This document shows positions 37,898-49,789 of a DNA stretch of 64,000 bases, piece after piece. The DNA is taken from contig CBFDEM010000058.1 in the NCBI GenBank assembly GCA_965603825.1, forward strand, positions 186,001-250,000, in the 5' to 3' direction. The stretch comes from Blepharisma stoltei ATCC 30299 (Eukaryota > Protista > Ciliophora). The notes under the pieces were generated by a model. The model worked only from the letters and a program-made list of their open reading frames with translations. It ran no database searches and was not told the origin of the DNA. The position numbers and the translations under genes are program-made. The number at the start of each line of letters is the position of its first letter. Positions within the stretch are counted from its first letter, which is position 1.

Positions 37898-38803
37898 ATG
37901 AAAATTTTATTACTTTCAGCCCTAGTTGTCCTTGCCTTATCAGGACCAGCTATTGTCCGTGACCCGTCTGCTCCTCTTTTTACTCAAGAAGACATCGATT
38001 TAATTAACCAAAGTCAAGATTCATGGACAGCCTCACTCGATTGGGTTGGCTCAATGACCGCTGAAGACGTCAAAAAATATGCTACCACCCAAATCAGACC
38101 AAGAGAGTTCCCAGAATTCCACTGGGGAGCAGTGCTCGAAAATCTCCAAGTTCCAGCCAGTTTCGACTCAAGGAATCAATGGCCAAGCTGCGTTCACCCA
38201 ATTCTTAACCAAGGAGATTGTGGATCATGCTGGGCTTTTGGAGCAACTGAAGCTCTGTCAGACAGACTTTGCATTGGTTCAAAAGGATCAATCAACGTTG
38301 TCCTTTCCCCTCAATATTTAGTTGATTGTGACCACACTAGCCAAGGATGCAGTGGAGGATACCCAGATCTTGCCTGGAGCTTCATGAAGACTAACGGAGT
38401 TCCTACATATTCTTGCGTTGGATACACTGCTGCTAATGGAAATTGTCCAAAAACTTGCGACAATGGATCTTCATTACAATTCTACAAGGCTGCAAGCGTA
38501 AGCACTTACAGCGGACCATCTTCAATTCAAGCTGCTATTCTTGCTGGAGGTCCAGTAGAAACTGCTTTTTCTGTTTATGAAGACTTTATGACTTACAGCG
38601 GTGGAGTCTATAAGCATACCAGCGGTGGATATGTTGGAGGACATGCAGTAAAAATTATTGGATGGGGTAACCAAAGCGGAACCAATTACTGGATATGCGC
38701 AAACTCTTGGGGAACTAGCTGGGGTATTCAAGGATTTTTCTGGATTGCTTTTGGACAATGTGGAATTGATAGTCAAGCAGTTGCTGGAAGCCCATTAGTT
38801 TAA
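37898..38803 (+). CDS. cathepsin B-like cysteine protease (papain C1A), intact
   Basis: Signal peptide, FDSRNQWP, QGDCGSCWAF, GGHAVKIIGWG, YWICANSWG; no occluding loop. Confidence 0.95.
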   Translation: MKILLLSALVVLALSGPAIVRDPSAPLFTQEDIDLINQSQDSWTASLDWVGSMTAEDVKKYATTQIRPREFPEFHWGAVLENLQVPASFDSRNQWPSCVHPILNQGDCGSCWAFGATEALSDRLCIGSKGSINVVLSPQYLVDCDHTSQGCSGGYPDLAWSFMKTNGVPTYSCVGYTAANGNCPKTCDNGSSLQFYKAASVSTYSGPSSIQAAILAGGPVETAFSVYEDFMTYSGGVYKHTSGGYVGGHAVKIIGWGNQSGTNYWICANSWGTSWGIQGFFWIAFGQCGIDSQAVAGSPLV

Positions 38804-39379
38804 GATAATAATTTCATTATGTCAATTCTTTATTCTATCTTAAGAATAGAAAAACTTTTCTTTATTGGAATTAGTAGGTCTTTTAATGTTTCGTATCAAA
38901 TTATTTTATATTGAAAATTAAATAGGAAACTATATATTTATAAAAATATATCGGTTTTTAAACTCAAAATATAAATCAAAATTTAATTTTAAAAATGGTC
39001 TAAATAAATTGTGCATTATTAAACTCCCAATTTTAAAAGATATTGCGCAATGATTAATTATTCTGTATATAAAATTCCATTTATATTATTATATTTAAAT
39101 ATTTTTAACAACTCATTGCTCTATTTCCAGCAATTAAGATTTTCTGTTGTATTTTTAAGAAAATAATATTAAAAAATTAATTAAATGTAATTTTAAATTC
39201 TTTCCAACTAATTTTATCACAATAATGTTAATATCTCTAGATTTGAAATAACCCATAGAATATATTTTCCTTTTCCTATGTTGGAAATTTTTTAAAATCA
39301 TTCCATTTATATATTGATTTGCTAACATTAAATAGGTGAAATAATAAAAAGAAGACTTTTATTGATTTCAATTTTAATT

Positions 39380-39610
39380 ATTCTTGCCTTATCAGGGCCA
39401 GCTATTGCCCGAGACTCGTCAGCTCCTCTTTTTGTTAAAGAAGACATCGATTTAATTAACTAAAGCCAATACTCATGGACAGCCTCACTCAATTGGGTTG
39501 GTTCAATGACCTCGGAAGACGTCGAAAATACAAATCTGGCCATGATTGTTTTCAAAATTCAGCTGGGGAGCAATGCTTGAAAACCCCAAAGTTCCAAGCA
39601 GTTTTGACTT
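39380..39610 (+). pseudogene. cathepsin B 5' fragment
   Basis: Close match to about 37927-38168 (propeptide), with an in-frame TAA and internal scrambling; truncated at the inverted-repeat arm. Confidence 0.85.
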
Positions 39611-39810
39611 AGCTCTAGAAAATTAATAAATTGAGGGAATATAAGGAAAAGAAGAATTGAGGTTATTTGTGGATTGAAATATAAATGGCAATATGGGCCC
39701 ACACAATTGATAGCAATTTTTTTTATATTTTTAAGTACTTTATTAAGCATGTGATATTATTCCTTACTATTGTAATTATACTTTTCAATAATTCAATAAC
39801 TCAATATTTA
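39609..39810. repeat. ~200-bp inverted repeat, right arm
   Basis: Reverse complement of 37441-37642 with scattered substitutions and small indels. Confidence 0.85.
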
Positions 39811-40803
39811 TGGTAGGATGGAGTTATCGTGAGCGAAGATGAGTGCAAGATGGCCAAAGTGGTAAGGTTTAGTGAATTGAAAATTTGAGATGTTAAAGAA
39901 TTTCAAAAAATTATTATGGATATGATAAAAACTTACGCTTGAAATGCGTATCTGGTAAGAATGAATAAGAAATTCTGGCAACTACAAGGCTATTTGTAGC
40001 ACTAATGAAAGGAAAAAACGCCTTAAAGAGAAATCCTTATATATATTTGAACTCTGACAGGGGTGCAGGCAATTGCCAGCATCTTCAGGTTTAGGGATAG
40101 CTTTAATATAACTGCGAGTGCAGAATATAAGGCATTTAAAGAAAACTAATATGTGAGGGGTGTAGATGAATAAAAGAGGATTAAGTGTATTTGCTTGATG
40201 ATTGCTATTTTTACGATATTTACAGAATGGATTTATTACTGGGACTAGAAAGATGTGGAATACTAAGTAAATTTAAATAATATGATACTATAAAAGAATT
40301 ATTCCAACACAGTGCCCCATTTTAGTTATCTACTAAGTTTTACAAATTAAGCAAAATACAATAAAATAATCATAAGAGCTATTTAATACAATGAATCTAT
40401 ATTTTTAATTTTAAACGAAAAAGTTTTTGAAGTGCACTATAAAATAAAAAAATAGAATTCTTATACTTATGCTGATTTTAAATTTCATCAAATTTCTAAC
40501 CACCTAAACTAATAAGCTTATGCAAATATTTTCATGTCTATTATGATCGAATACCAATCTACTGCTCTTTTACTTATATTTCAGAATTAAGTTGTATTTC
40601 ATATAAATTAATTAGTATTAATAGTAGAATTGAGAATATTGAATTGAAAATTTAAAAAACTGATTAAGCATAATTTTAAGTTCATTTTTGAATCATTGAG
40701 ACCACCAATACAAAAGGTTTTTAAGTTTTTAGAGCTTAAATTTTTTTTATTTAAGCCACCCTTTACATTGACTTTATAATAGAAAATTGTTGAATTAAAT
40801 AAA

Positions 40804-41709
40804 ATGAAACTTTCATTGCTTTCAATTCTAGTTGCATGTGTCTTGTCAGGTCCAGCTTCTCTCCGTAAGTCATCACATCCACTCCTCACTCAAAAAGACA
40901 TCGACTTCATAAATCAAAGCCAAAATTTATGGACAGCTTCACTTGATTGGATTGACACTATGACCCTTGAAGAATTTAAGATCTATGCTTCAGTTCAGCC
41001 CAGAGCAAGAGAATTCCCAGAATTCAACTGGGGTGCAATCCTTGAAAATCTCCAGATCCCAAGTGCTTTTGACTCAAGGACTCAGTGGCCAGGCTGCATT
41101 CATCCAATTCTTAACCAAGAGCTCTGTGGCGGGTGCTGGGCTTTTGGAGCAACTGAAGCTCTATCAGATAGATTTTGCATTGCTTCTAACTCAACAGTTA
41201 ATGCTATCCTTTCTCCTCAATATTTAATTGACTGCAATACGGCAAATGGGGGATGCAATGGAGGATGGCCTGATGTAGCATGAAACTTCATGATGACTAA
41301 CGGAGTCCCAACGTCCCAATGTGTTATGTTTAAAGATCGTAATGAAAAATGCCCATCTACCTGTGATAACGGATCCCAATTGCAATTCTATAAGGCTTCA
41401 AGTGTTAACCAGTTCAATGGGCCATCTGCAATCCAAGCAGCAATTCTTAGTGGAGGTCCAGTTGAGACCACTTTTACTGTTTATGCAGATTTCGGAGCTT
41501 ACAAAGGCGGCATTTATTCGCCTACAACAAATCAAATCGTGGGATATCATGCAGTAAAAATTGTTGGCTGGGGTAACCAAAATGGAACCAATTACTAGAT
41601 TGTCGCAAACTCTTGGGGACCTAATTGGGGGTTGAAAGGATTCTTCTGGATTGCTTTTGGAGTGTGCGGAATTGATGCTCAAGCTGTTGCAGGAAATCCT
41701 CTAATTTAA
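40804..41709 (+). pseudogene. cathepsin B paralogue with a single in-frame TAG at a conserved Trp
   Basis: Collinear 906-nt copy of 37898-38803. TGA 41281 corresponds to TGG 38375, and TAG 41596-41598 corresponds to TGG 38690 in YW..ANSWG. Confidence 0.8.
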
Positions 41710-42198
41710 AAAAATTCTTTAAACTGATTCTTTTATAAACGATTTTAGATAAATCTTATTCTTTTATTTATTTTTACAAATATTTTTTAATAATTAACGA
41801 AAGCTCATATTAATTATATTGATTATTTAAATAAAAAATTTAAGTAAAACATTTATTTAAGAATGCTCTAATAATTATATTTATATTACCATCTTATACA
41901 GTCCTCAACTATGTAATTCCTCTTTTGCTAATTTTTATGCAAAATGATAGCTTAATTTATGCAAAATTGCTATTTATACATTCATTGCTCAATATTAGTA
42001 CTATAGTTATTAAAATACAAATATAATTTAAAAATTAGAAATTAAATTAATATATTTCGAAATTTTGGATATTAATCGCAAATCTTTTAATTTGTTGTTA
42101 AGAGCAGCTATACAAGCTCGAGAATATCTTAACAATTCCTCTCCCTATTTTTGAGCATTCCGTTGATTTCTAGACATAAGTTGGAAAATATTATAAAA

Positions 42199-42512
42199 AT
42201 GAGGTATTATTCATTATTGCCTTCAATTTGGTGATTTTGTCTTATCTAAGCCAGCCTTTACCCATTACACACCATCTCCTATTTTCTGCAAGAAGGCATT
42301 AACTTTACTCGGTAGACTTGGCTTATAAACCTCTGAAGAGTTTAAAAATATGCACCTGCTGGAGCTAGGCCAATAGAATTTCAGAGTTTAGCATGGAAGC
42401 AGTTTTAGAAAACGCTTGAGTTCAATAAGCCTCGAATCAAAGGACTCAACGCAAAGATGCACTCACCAGCCTTAATGTGTATACCGGACTTTTGGAGCAA
42501 TTGAAGCTCTTC
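42199..42512 (+). pseudogene. heavily decayed cathepsin B relic
   Basis: GAAGAGTTTAAAAATATGC, GCAGTTTTAGAAAAC and CTTTTGGAGCAATTGAAGCTCT match the propeptide and AFGATEAL regions; many indels and stops. Confidence 0.65.
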
Positions 42513-42598
42513 AAATATATATTGCATATAAAGGATTAATTAGCATAATCCCTTCATCTCAGCTAGATAAAAATATTTATTTAAAATTTTGCATAAAC

Positions 42599-43522
42599 TT
42601 AATTATTAAACCACTCATGAGCAGCAGTAGACAGCTCAATATTCTGATCTCTTATAGCCCCTATTACAGTTTCTACATCAAACGTCGCAGTTAGCTCTGA
42701 GTAGCTTAAAATCGTACACTTTTTCTTAATGGTAAAAAGTTTCAACTTCTGAAGACGTTTGCTAATCATTTTAAACGTAAATTTGTCAAGATTATAAAGA
42801 ATTACAGGTCTTTTTAGCATAAACTTCAAGAATTCTCCATATGCAGAATGCAAAGTCAAAGGATTGTTTCTTTCAATCACTTTTAAAAAGCATGCGAAAA
42901 CCATCAATTCAATTGGCTTAAGTTGTTTTATATTCGCTAATTTTTTATCTTCTCGGCTTTCTACAGTCATTCTGCCTAAGTCTTTTGCAAACTGATTAGC
43001 CTCATCTTCTACTGCTGCAGGGGAGACAAGCACGATTTGGCATGAAAGCCTTGACCTAATTCTTTTTTCCAACATTTCAACAAAATTTAGATTAGGAGTG
43101 ATTCCTAAAATGCACAGCATGCATATCTCAGTATGGATAAGCTCAAATAAAGTATAAAGAAATACCTGCTTGATTGTTTTGTGTGCGAATTCTTCTATGT
43201 CTTTGATAATAATCAAAATTTTATCACTAGGTGATAAATTTTCTTTAAGAAATTCCAAGCTGTATTGGATTGAGGTTTCTTTATATTCAAGGCCTTTCTT
43301 TTGACTGATTCCTCATACTATGGTTTGGAAAGCTGAGACATCATCTGATGCTAATATTCCGCTAATTTTAATTATGATAGGTTTATGCTTGTTTTCTAAG
43401 GCCTTATCAATAATTTTGTCGTTGTAGTTTCCTCTTTGTCCCATCATTAAAATGCATTGACTTTGTCGATAATCGTAGCACATGTCAAATAAATTTCTCA
43501 GCTGGGTATTGCACGATTCCAT
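42599..43522 (-). CDS. ORC4: origin recognition complex subunit 4
   Basis: KQVFLYTLFE and MLEKRIRSRLS match the ORC4 motifs QxLLYNLFD and LEKRVKSRFS; joined via TGA 43315-43313. Confidence 0.75.
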
Positions 43523-43656
43523 AGTTATTTATATTCATTTTAAGTCCATAAGAAGCATTTTCACATCAATTTTAATTATTTTTAATCTTTCTGGGACTTT
43601 TGCTTTCATTTTTCTTAATTTCCTTGAACTAATTCTTCATACGCGGTAATTTAAAA

Positions 43657-46600
43657 ATGTCAAACACATCTTTTGAGGCTACACTTAAAATCCGCACAAG
43701 TCCTATAGAACAGTTATCTGACACTGATACATGTATAAGGTTTACTCTGGACTTCCTTCAGAGAATTAATCTAGCGAGAAAATCGTAATTACTATTTAGA
43801 CAAGGGAACCCACTTCTTTATCTCGATGAAAATTGTTGCTCAGCTTGCTCAGAATCAATGATAAGACTTGGGAATTTAGACACACTTTTGCTTGCAAGTA
43901 ATGTAGTTGGAACAGATTTCAAACATATCGCCCTAGATGGGACCTTTGATGTCGCGATGTCTCATAATATTAACAGAGCAGTCTATGACAATTTCAATCG
44001 ATTAGTCGAAACGATTGATCAAAACTCTCAAAGAATCCTGAATGATCCATATTTTACCCATATTGGCATTTATGCTAAGAGATCTTACTCATGTTTCAAA
44101 CTCGTTATAGTTGTTTTCAAAAATGATGTATGAATCCACCATGCCAAGCACGATATAGAAGAAGGGTATCACATTACAGGAAAACTGCTTAACCACCAAG
44201 TTATCCTTTGCTGTTTAATAATTAAAGACCTAAAAGAAGGATCAAAACCAACACTTGCAGGCCCAAAAAGAATTAAATATAATTATGATACTTTGGAGTT
44301 CGAATTCACCATTCCAAGGGTAATCATTGCTCAAAGAAGCCTTGGCGAGCGAAATTTGGAATTTTATGCTTGCCAAGACCAGAGGCAGATTAATTATGGC
44401 CAAGGCCAAGATCTACAACAAATTCCTGATGGGCTGATACCTTTGCATAAGATGGCTTTTAGTGGGCTTTGGGAATCGAATATCATGTTTGAATTGAGGA
44501 ACCCAGAAGATTCAGTTTTTGTACTGAATGAGTATGAGTCGAAATCTCAGAAAAATGTCATGGTGTTTTCTGGGAATGACTTCAAAAAGTCTGCATTGGT
44601 GACTGGCAGAGGGAGAGGAAGAGGGATCACAAGGCAAACTGTAGGAATTAGAAATTCGTGGGGAAGAGGAGCTGGGACACCTTTTAAAGGAATTGATACC
44701 AATTTGCCTAGTGTTCCTGAGCTTCCAAGTGGAAATATGGATAGAAATGACAGTTATTCAAGAACTGCCGGAGGTTATGGAAACACTGGAAATGGGTATA
44801 GCAGCAGTGGATATGGAAACACAGGAAGCAGCTACGGAAATAGGCAAGTTTCTACAAACAGTTGGGAAAATCAGCCAATTGCTAGCAGCGGGTCTTATAT
44901 GAGTATATCTTCAACCAACAGCTACAACAGAAATAAAGAAAACAGTTATTCCAATAACAGAGCTCCTAATGATCCTATTTTACCAAGCGCTTCTAGACCT
45001 GAAAATCGAGATGTTCCTCAAGTTTTCAATTTTGGAGATAACCCATTTTCTACTCAAAACTCTGTGTCTAACCCTTTTAGCTTATCAAATCCTTTTAGCC
45101 AGACTAGCAATCATAACTATAGATCAAGCGCTCCAATGGTAAACTCTTCAACTCCTTATTCCCAACCTATCTCTAACCAAATAATTTCAACTCCTACAAA
45201 CCCATTAAGCTCTTATTCGATAAGCCAGCCTCAAGCTTATATAAATAATTACCAGCCCCAATTTCCTATACAGACAAACCCTATTATTTCTCCAATTCAG
45301 AACCAAACTCCTATGTATCAGCAGCCAACTCTGTATGCCTATCCTCAACAAATAATTACTCAGCAATTACCTCAACAATATATGCCCCAATTTCCACAGT
45401 CTCCAGGACCAAATTTCTATCAACCAAACCAGTTTTTTAGCAGCCAAAGAATTGTTCAGCCCGGCTGCCATTTCGCGAGTCCTCAATTAGCTCATATGAT
45501 AAATAACATTCCTCCAGGGACCCCTAATGTTTTCCAAAACCCAGGCCAGCCTACACAGGTGTTTTCTGCAAGCAATATACTCCAAAACGGTTTTGGGCAG
45601 CCATCCGCACAAGGCATTTTTGGGAATTCACAAAAAAGCTCTTTAGGGTCTACATTTAACAAACCTCTTGATAAGCTAAATCAACAGCTCAAAGCAATTT
45701 CACAAAAACCTAAAGAAATCGAAAATATAGAAAACCCTGACCTAGTTAATATTCCTGCCTTAATCTTGCCAATTCCTAAAGGACTATTAGAAGATATCAG
45801 GAAAATCCAGCCTGAAAATACTTCTTATAAAACTTTATATCAAACTATGGAATATTCTGATGTCCTTATCAGAGTAAAAGAAACCGATATTAAAGCGCAT
45901 AAAGCTGTTTTATACTCTGCAAGCCCTTTTTTTAGGGATTATTTAGATAGACTGAAAGGGATCCCATCATCTATCCATGTGGCCAAAATTATTATGCCTA
46001 CTTGGTTTTCAGTAGAACCATTTAAAATTGTATTGAAATTTATGTACAGCTGCGACATCGAAAAAGAGTTGATTAACTTGGCAACTGCTAAAGAAATTCT
46101 GCAAATTGCTGACCATTTAGACCTCATAGAGCTTGTAAGAGTAATTATTGTGAAATTTGTAATTGTGCAGCTCACAAAAGATGATGTTCTTGGGCTGCTG
46201 CAATTAGCTGGCTCCAGAGGAAAAGATACAAAGGATGAAGCATGGGATTATTTAATGGACTCCTGCGCAATGTTTGCTGCTCAACATTCTAATTGGCTAG
46301 TAAGAAACAGAAGAGCTGAGTGCTTAGGGCTTCCATTAAGTTCATTAATGAGAATGATTGAATTTGCTATGGGCTGCTGTGTTTCTAAAGAGCACATTGC
46401 ACTAGTTTTAAAGCTCCTAACTGATATCAGATATGCTGATGATATTTTTGCTTTAGCAACAAAAATCAGCGCTTTGTATATGATAGGGTATACAGATAGC
46501 ACCTTAGACATCAGGATGGTTGACTTTGTCAAACCTTTTACAAAAGAACAGCTAGGAAAACTAGATGAAAGTATGGCTATGGAATATGCAATTCTTGAAG

Positions 46601-47955
46601 AGAACGCGCCTTATTATCTTACTTTTGTAAGACATACACCAGTTCCTCCACCACAGCTTCCTGAGTCTATTAACTTAATAAATGCTCCATCAAGTAACCC
46701 TCTTTCAGTGCAACCATCATCCTCATATCAAAATCTGCCTCCTCAAATGAACAAGGAGCCTACCAAAATAACAAGCTCATATACTCAAAATATCGCCCCA
46801 ATCGCAACCTGCATTTTTGACCCAAAAAATCTTCGCGCACGCAAAACCCCTATTTTTTCTTTTTCAGTCCCTGAAATAAACCGCTCTCGCAATGTAATGT
46901 CAAGATGTTTTACCTTTGCAAACAGAAAATGGTCAGTCTTGGTAAGCACCTGCCCAGATGGATTTACATCGTTATTTTTATGTGAAAGAGGCCCAGCTGA
47001 CACTGAGTCAAAATTCATGTCATTATTATTTACTTCAGTGCTTTTTGAACTAGAGATAGATGACCAAGCTTTAAGAGAAACCAATAGGGTTGGTAACCAA
47101 AGCATGGCTTCCTGCTGTTTTTATAGTTTCCCTAACGATCATTATCATATAGCGGGCGAAAGAAAATACTGCAAAACTTCTACATTAAAAAACCAAGAAA
47201 GCGCCATAGTTAATGTATATATGAGAATCGCTGGAATTCATTCAGGAATAATGCATTATTTAACTGAAAATTTCAGTACACTTATAGTGAAAGACTATAA
47301 GAGTTTTAGAGACATGAGTTTTTATAACATGAAATATATATTATCACATGATGCATTAGCAGTCAAAGATGAGCATGAAGCAGCTGGGGCGTTATGGAAA
47401 TACGCAGCATCAAGGGAACCTGAAGTTATCAATATCATGGTCCCTGAGATCAGGTACCAGTTTTTAAGCATGAAAGATTTATTGACCCTTGCAAGAGATC
47501 ATAGAGCTATCAGAAATGCTGCTAATTTTGGATATATTTTTAAGCAAGAATATTATAGGAGAACTGCTGGAAAACCTATAACAGAGAAACCAAGAAATAA
47601 TTATGTCAATACTTTGGAGGATTTCATGAAAATTGATCACAATGAAAGTATTATTGACTGGATTTTGCATAGCAACCACCATGAAGGGTATGAAGACAAG
47701 CTTGCTCAGGTAAAAAAACAGTATGAAGAAGAAAAGGCCATGAATGATAAAAGAAGAGCTGAGCTGAATGCAAAAAAGCATGAGCTTTATATTGAAAATG
47801 ATAAATTGGCACAAGAGTTGAGGAAAACAAGAGTAGAAGAAAGGAGGATTGGACATGTGATAAATGATTTACCAAAAGCAGAGGTGGATTTGAGAAGTTC
47901 AAGACAGAATTATGAGATTTATGATGCTGGAAGATCAGAGTGTGCTATTATGTAG
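43657..47955 (+). CDS. CAP/SCP-like + low-complexity + BTB + MATH-like + BACK-like + coiled coil protein with CaaX (~1427 aa)
   Basis: CAP-like INLARKSQGNPLLYLD and ILNDPYFTHIGI; BTB YSDVLIRV..IKAHKAVL..ASPFF; MATH-like SRCFTFANRKWSV..SLFL; BACK-like LAVKDEHEA..LWKY..IRY; ends CAIM. Intron at 43785-43799. Confidence 0.75.
43785..43799 (+). other. 15-nt intron
   Basis: GTAATTACTATTTAG; removes an in-frame TAA. Confidence 0.85.
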
Positions 47956-48114
47956 TTTTTAAAGTCTAATTGATAATGGTAACAACCAATTATTAAAATA
48001 TAGTTAGCTTGATAATGCAATAAATAAAAGATGTAAGTTTTTGCATCTAATAATAGGATAAGCCTATTGGCTGCTATGGCATGATTAAATTTATTATTAA
48101 AGGTATTAATTGTA

Positions 48115-49164
48115 ATGAGCAGCAAATGTAGCTTTTTAGGCTGCAATCAGGCAGCAGATATCCAATGCCTATGCACGACCCCTAAAACACTTCTTTGCAA
48201 TGCACATCTAAGCGTTCACATTGCAACAGTTTCTGGAATACATAGCTGTAAACAAATTATTTCAAAATTCAACACCCAATCACGTAAGAAAGTCTTGGAG
48301 CTTTTAATCTCTCAAAAACAGAGTTTATTCTGCTTGAAGAATGATATTATTCAAAAATCCTCAGCATTATTAAAAACTTTATCTGACAACTCCTTCAAAG
48401 AAATATCAAGCATAGAGACTCAACTCAAAAAGATCCAAGATCTAATCAATGAAATTCAAAAAGATTCATCAAAAGCAGCCCATTTAAAGATTTTGAAGGA
48501 AGCACCTGACCAAGCTTTATTGAAATACAAAGAAATTCTAGATGAAAATTTTATTTTATTAAACATTGAAGAAATTATTGACTTTATTTGTTCCCCAATT
48601 GTCAAAGACAAATATATAAGCAAAGATGATTATCAAGCAAAAATATTAAAATATGAAGACAAATTATACAATCTTGAAGAAAAGCTGAACTTATCTGAAT
48701 ATAAGTATAAAAACTTTGAGCTTTCAACTAAAAGAAATACAGAAAGCATTATAGCTAATAGCGAAATTCTTAAGAAAGAAAAAATATCTTTAAATGAGCA
48801 GATTGTACGATTAAATGCGCATATAGATCTATTAAATGAGCAAATAAAGGAAGCCAAAGCAACAAGATTCCAGCGAAATGAAATAGGAAGAGAAAGTGTT
48901 GATGAATTGAAAGGTACTATTAAGCTATTGGAAGAAAATAACGAAGCCCTAATATCAGAAAATAAAAGGCTGACTATCAGGCTTAAAAATAAAGCGAGAA
49001 ATGAAAGAAATCCTAGAAGACAAGAATTTATTTGTAGCAGATGTGGCAAGCAAGTTTTAAATATTTCAGCTGGTTCAAATCCTTCAGGAGCCTATGAAAC
49101 AGAAGCTTTTGGTTTATATAGCAACCATTGCACATGCCCTAACCCAATCTATAAGATGAGCTAA
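48115..49164 (+). CDS. hypothetical Cys/His-finger + coiled-coil protein
   Basis: N-terminal C-x4-C...CLC...LCNAH...H...H, a coiled coil, and C-terminal CSRC...HCTC. Confidence 0.7.
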   Translation: MSSKCSFLGCNQAADIQCLCTTPKTLLCNAHLSVHIATVSGIHSCKQIISKFNTQSRKKVLELLISQKQSLFCLKNDIIQKSSALLKTLSDNSFKEISSIETQLKKIQDLINEIQKDSSKAAHLKILKEAPDQALLKYKEILDENFILLNIEEIIDFICSPIVKDKYISKDDYQAKILKYEDKLYNLEEKLNLSEYKYKNFELSTKRNTESIIANSEILKKEKISLNEQIVRLNAHIDLLNEQIKEAKATRFQRNEIGRESVDELKGTIKLLEENNEALISENKRLTIRLKNKARNERNPRRQEFICSRCGKQVLNISAGSNPSGAYETEAFGLYSNHCTCPNPIYKMS

Positions 49165-49222
49165 ACATCCTCAATTATAATTGATTTTTAATTTGAGAAT
49201 ATTTAACTGTTAAAATTTAAAT

Positions 49223-49768
49223 ATGAATCCCTATGCAAATCCTTCAAAAATCACGCTTCATATCCCTCAGCAATCTGAATTCGCTTACGAGGAATTAGAA
49301 CGAAAACTTCTAATTGCCAAAAATAAGCGCCATGAGCTATACGAAAACTCGTTAAGAGAAAAACTGAATTACGAAAGAGAAATTCGTAAACTAGAAAGCC
49401 AAAACTATAAGCTCTATCGCTACAATAATGTGCTGGAAATGAAATGCCAAAGCGTAGACCCTGCAGCAGCTGATAAAGAAAACCCTACAGGAAATAGTAA
49501 AAAGGCCACAAGCTACAATAGAAATCCACTAAAAGAAATATCTGGAAATATTTCACGAAGCAAAAGTCGGGATAAATCTACGACAAAATGTACAAAGTCA
49601 ACACAATTTTTAAGCAAAGAAAATGCTGTTATAAATAGAAGAATTCGTTCGAGAGCTTTGAAATCATCAGAAGTCCCAGACTTGTCTCCGGATGTCCAAT
49701 ATGATGAAAGCCTTTTCCAAATAATTGATGAAATAGAAAACATGAGCATTAGGAAGGATTCTTTATAA
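49223..49768 (+). CDS. hypothetical protein
   Basis: 181-aa ORF with a short coiled coil, flanked by AT-rich spacers. Confidence 0.6.
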   Translation: MNPYANPSKITLHIPQQSEFAYEELERKLLIAKNKRHELYENSLREKLNYEREIRKLESQNYKLYRYNNVLEMKCQSVDPAAADKENPTGNSKKATSYNRNPLKEISGNISRSKSRDKSTTKCTKSTQFLSKENAVINRRIRSRALKSSEVPDLSPDVQYDESLFQIIDEIENMSIRKDSL

Positions 49769-49789
49769 TTATTTAATTTTTGATATAAT

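Noticed and set aside
39818-40320. WD40-like relic (VIVSEDECK...LKI[TGA]DVKE)
   Set aside because: Only one short motif, with stops nearby; too weak without a search.
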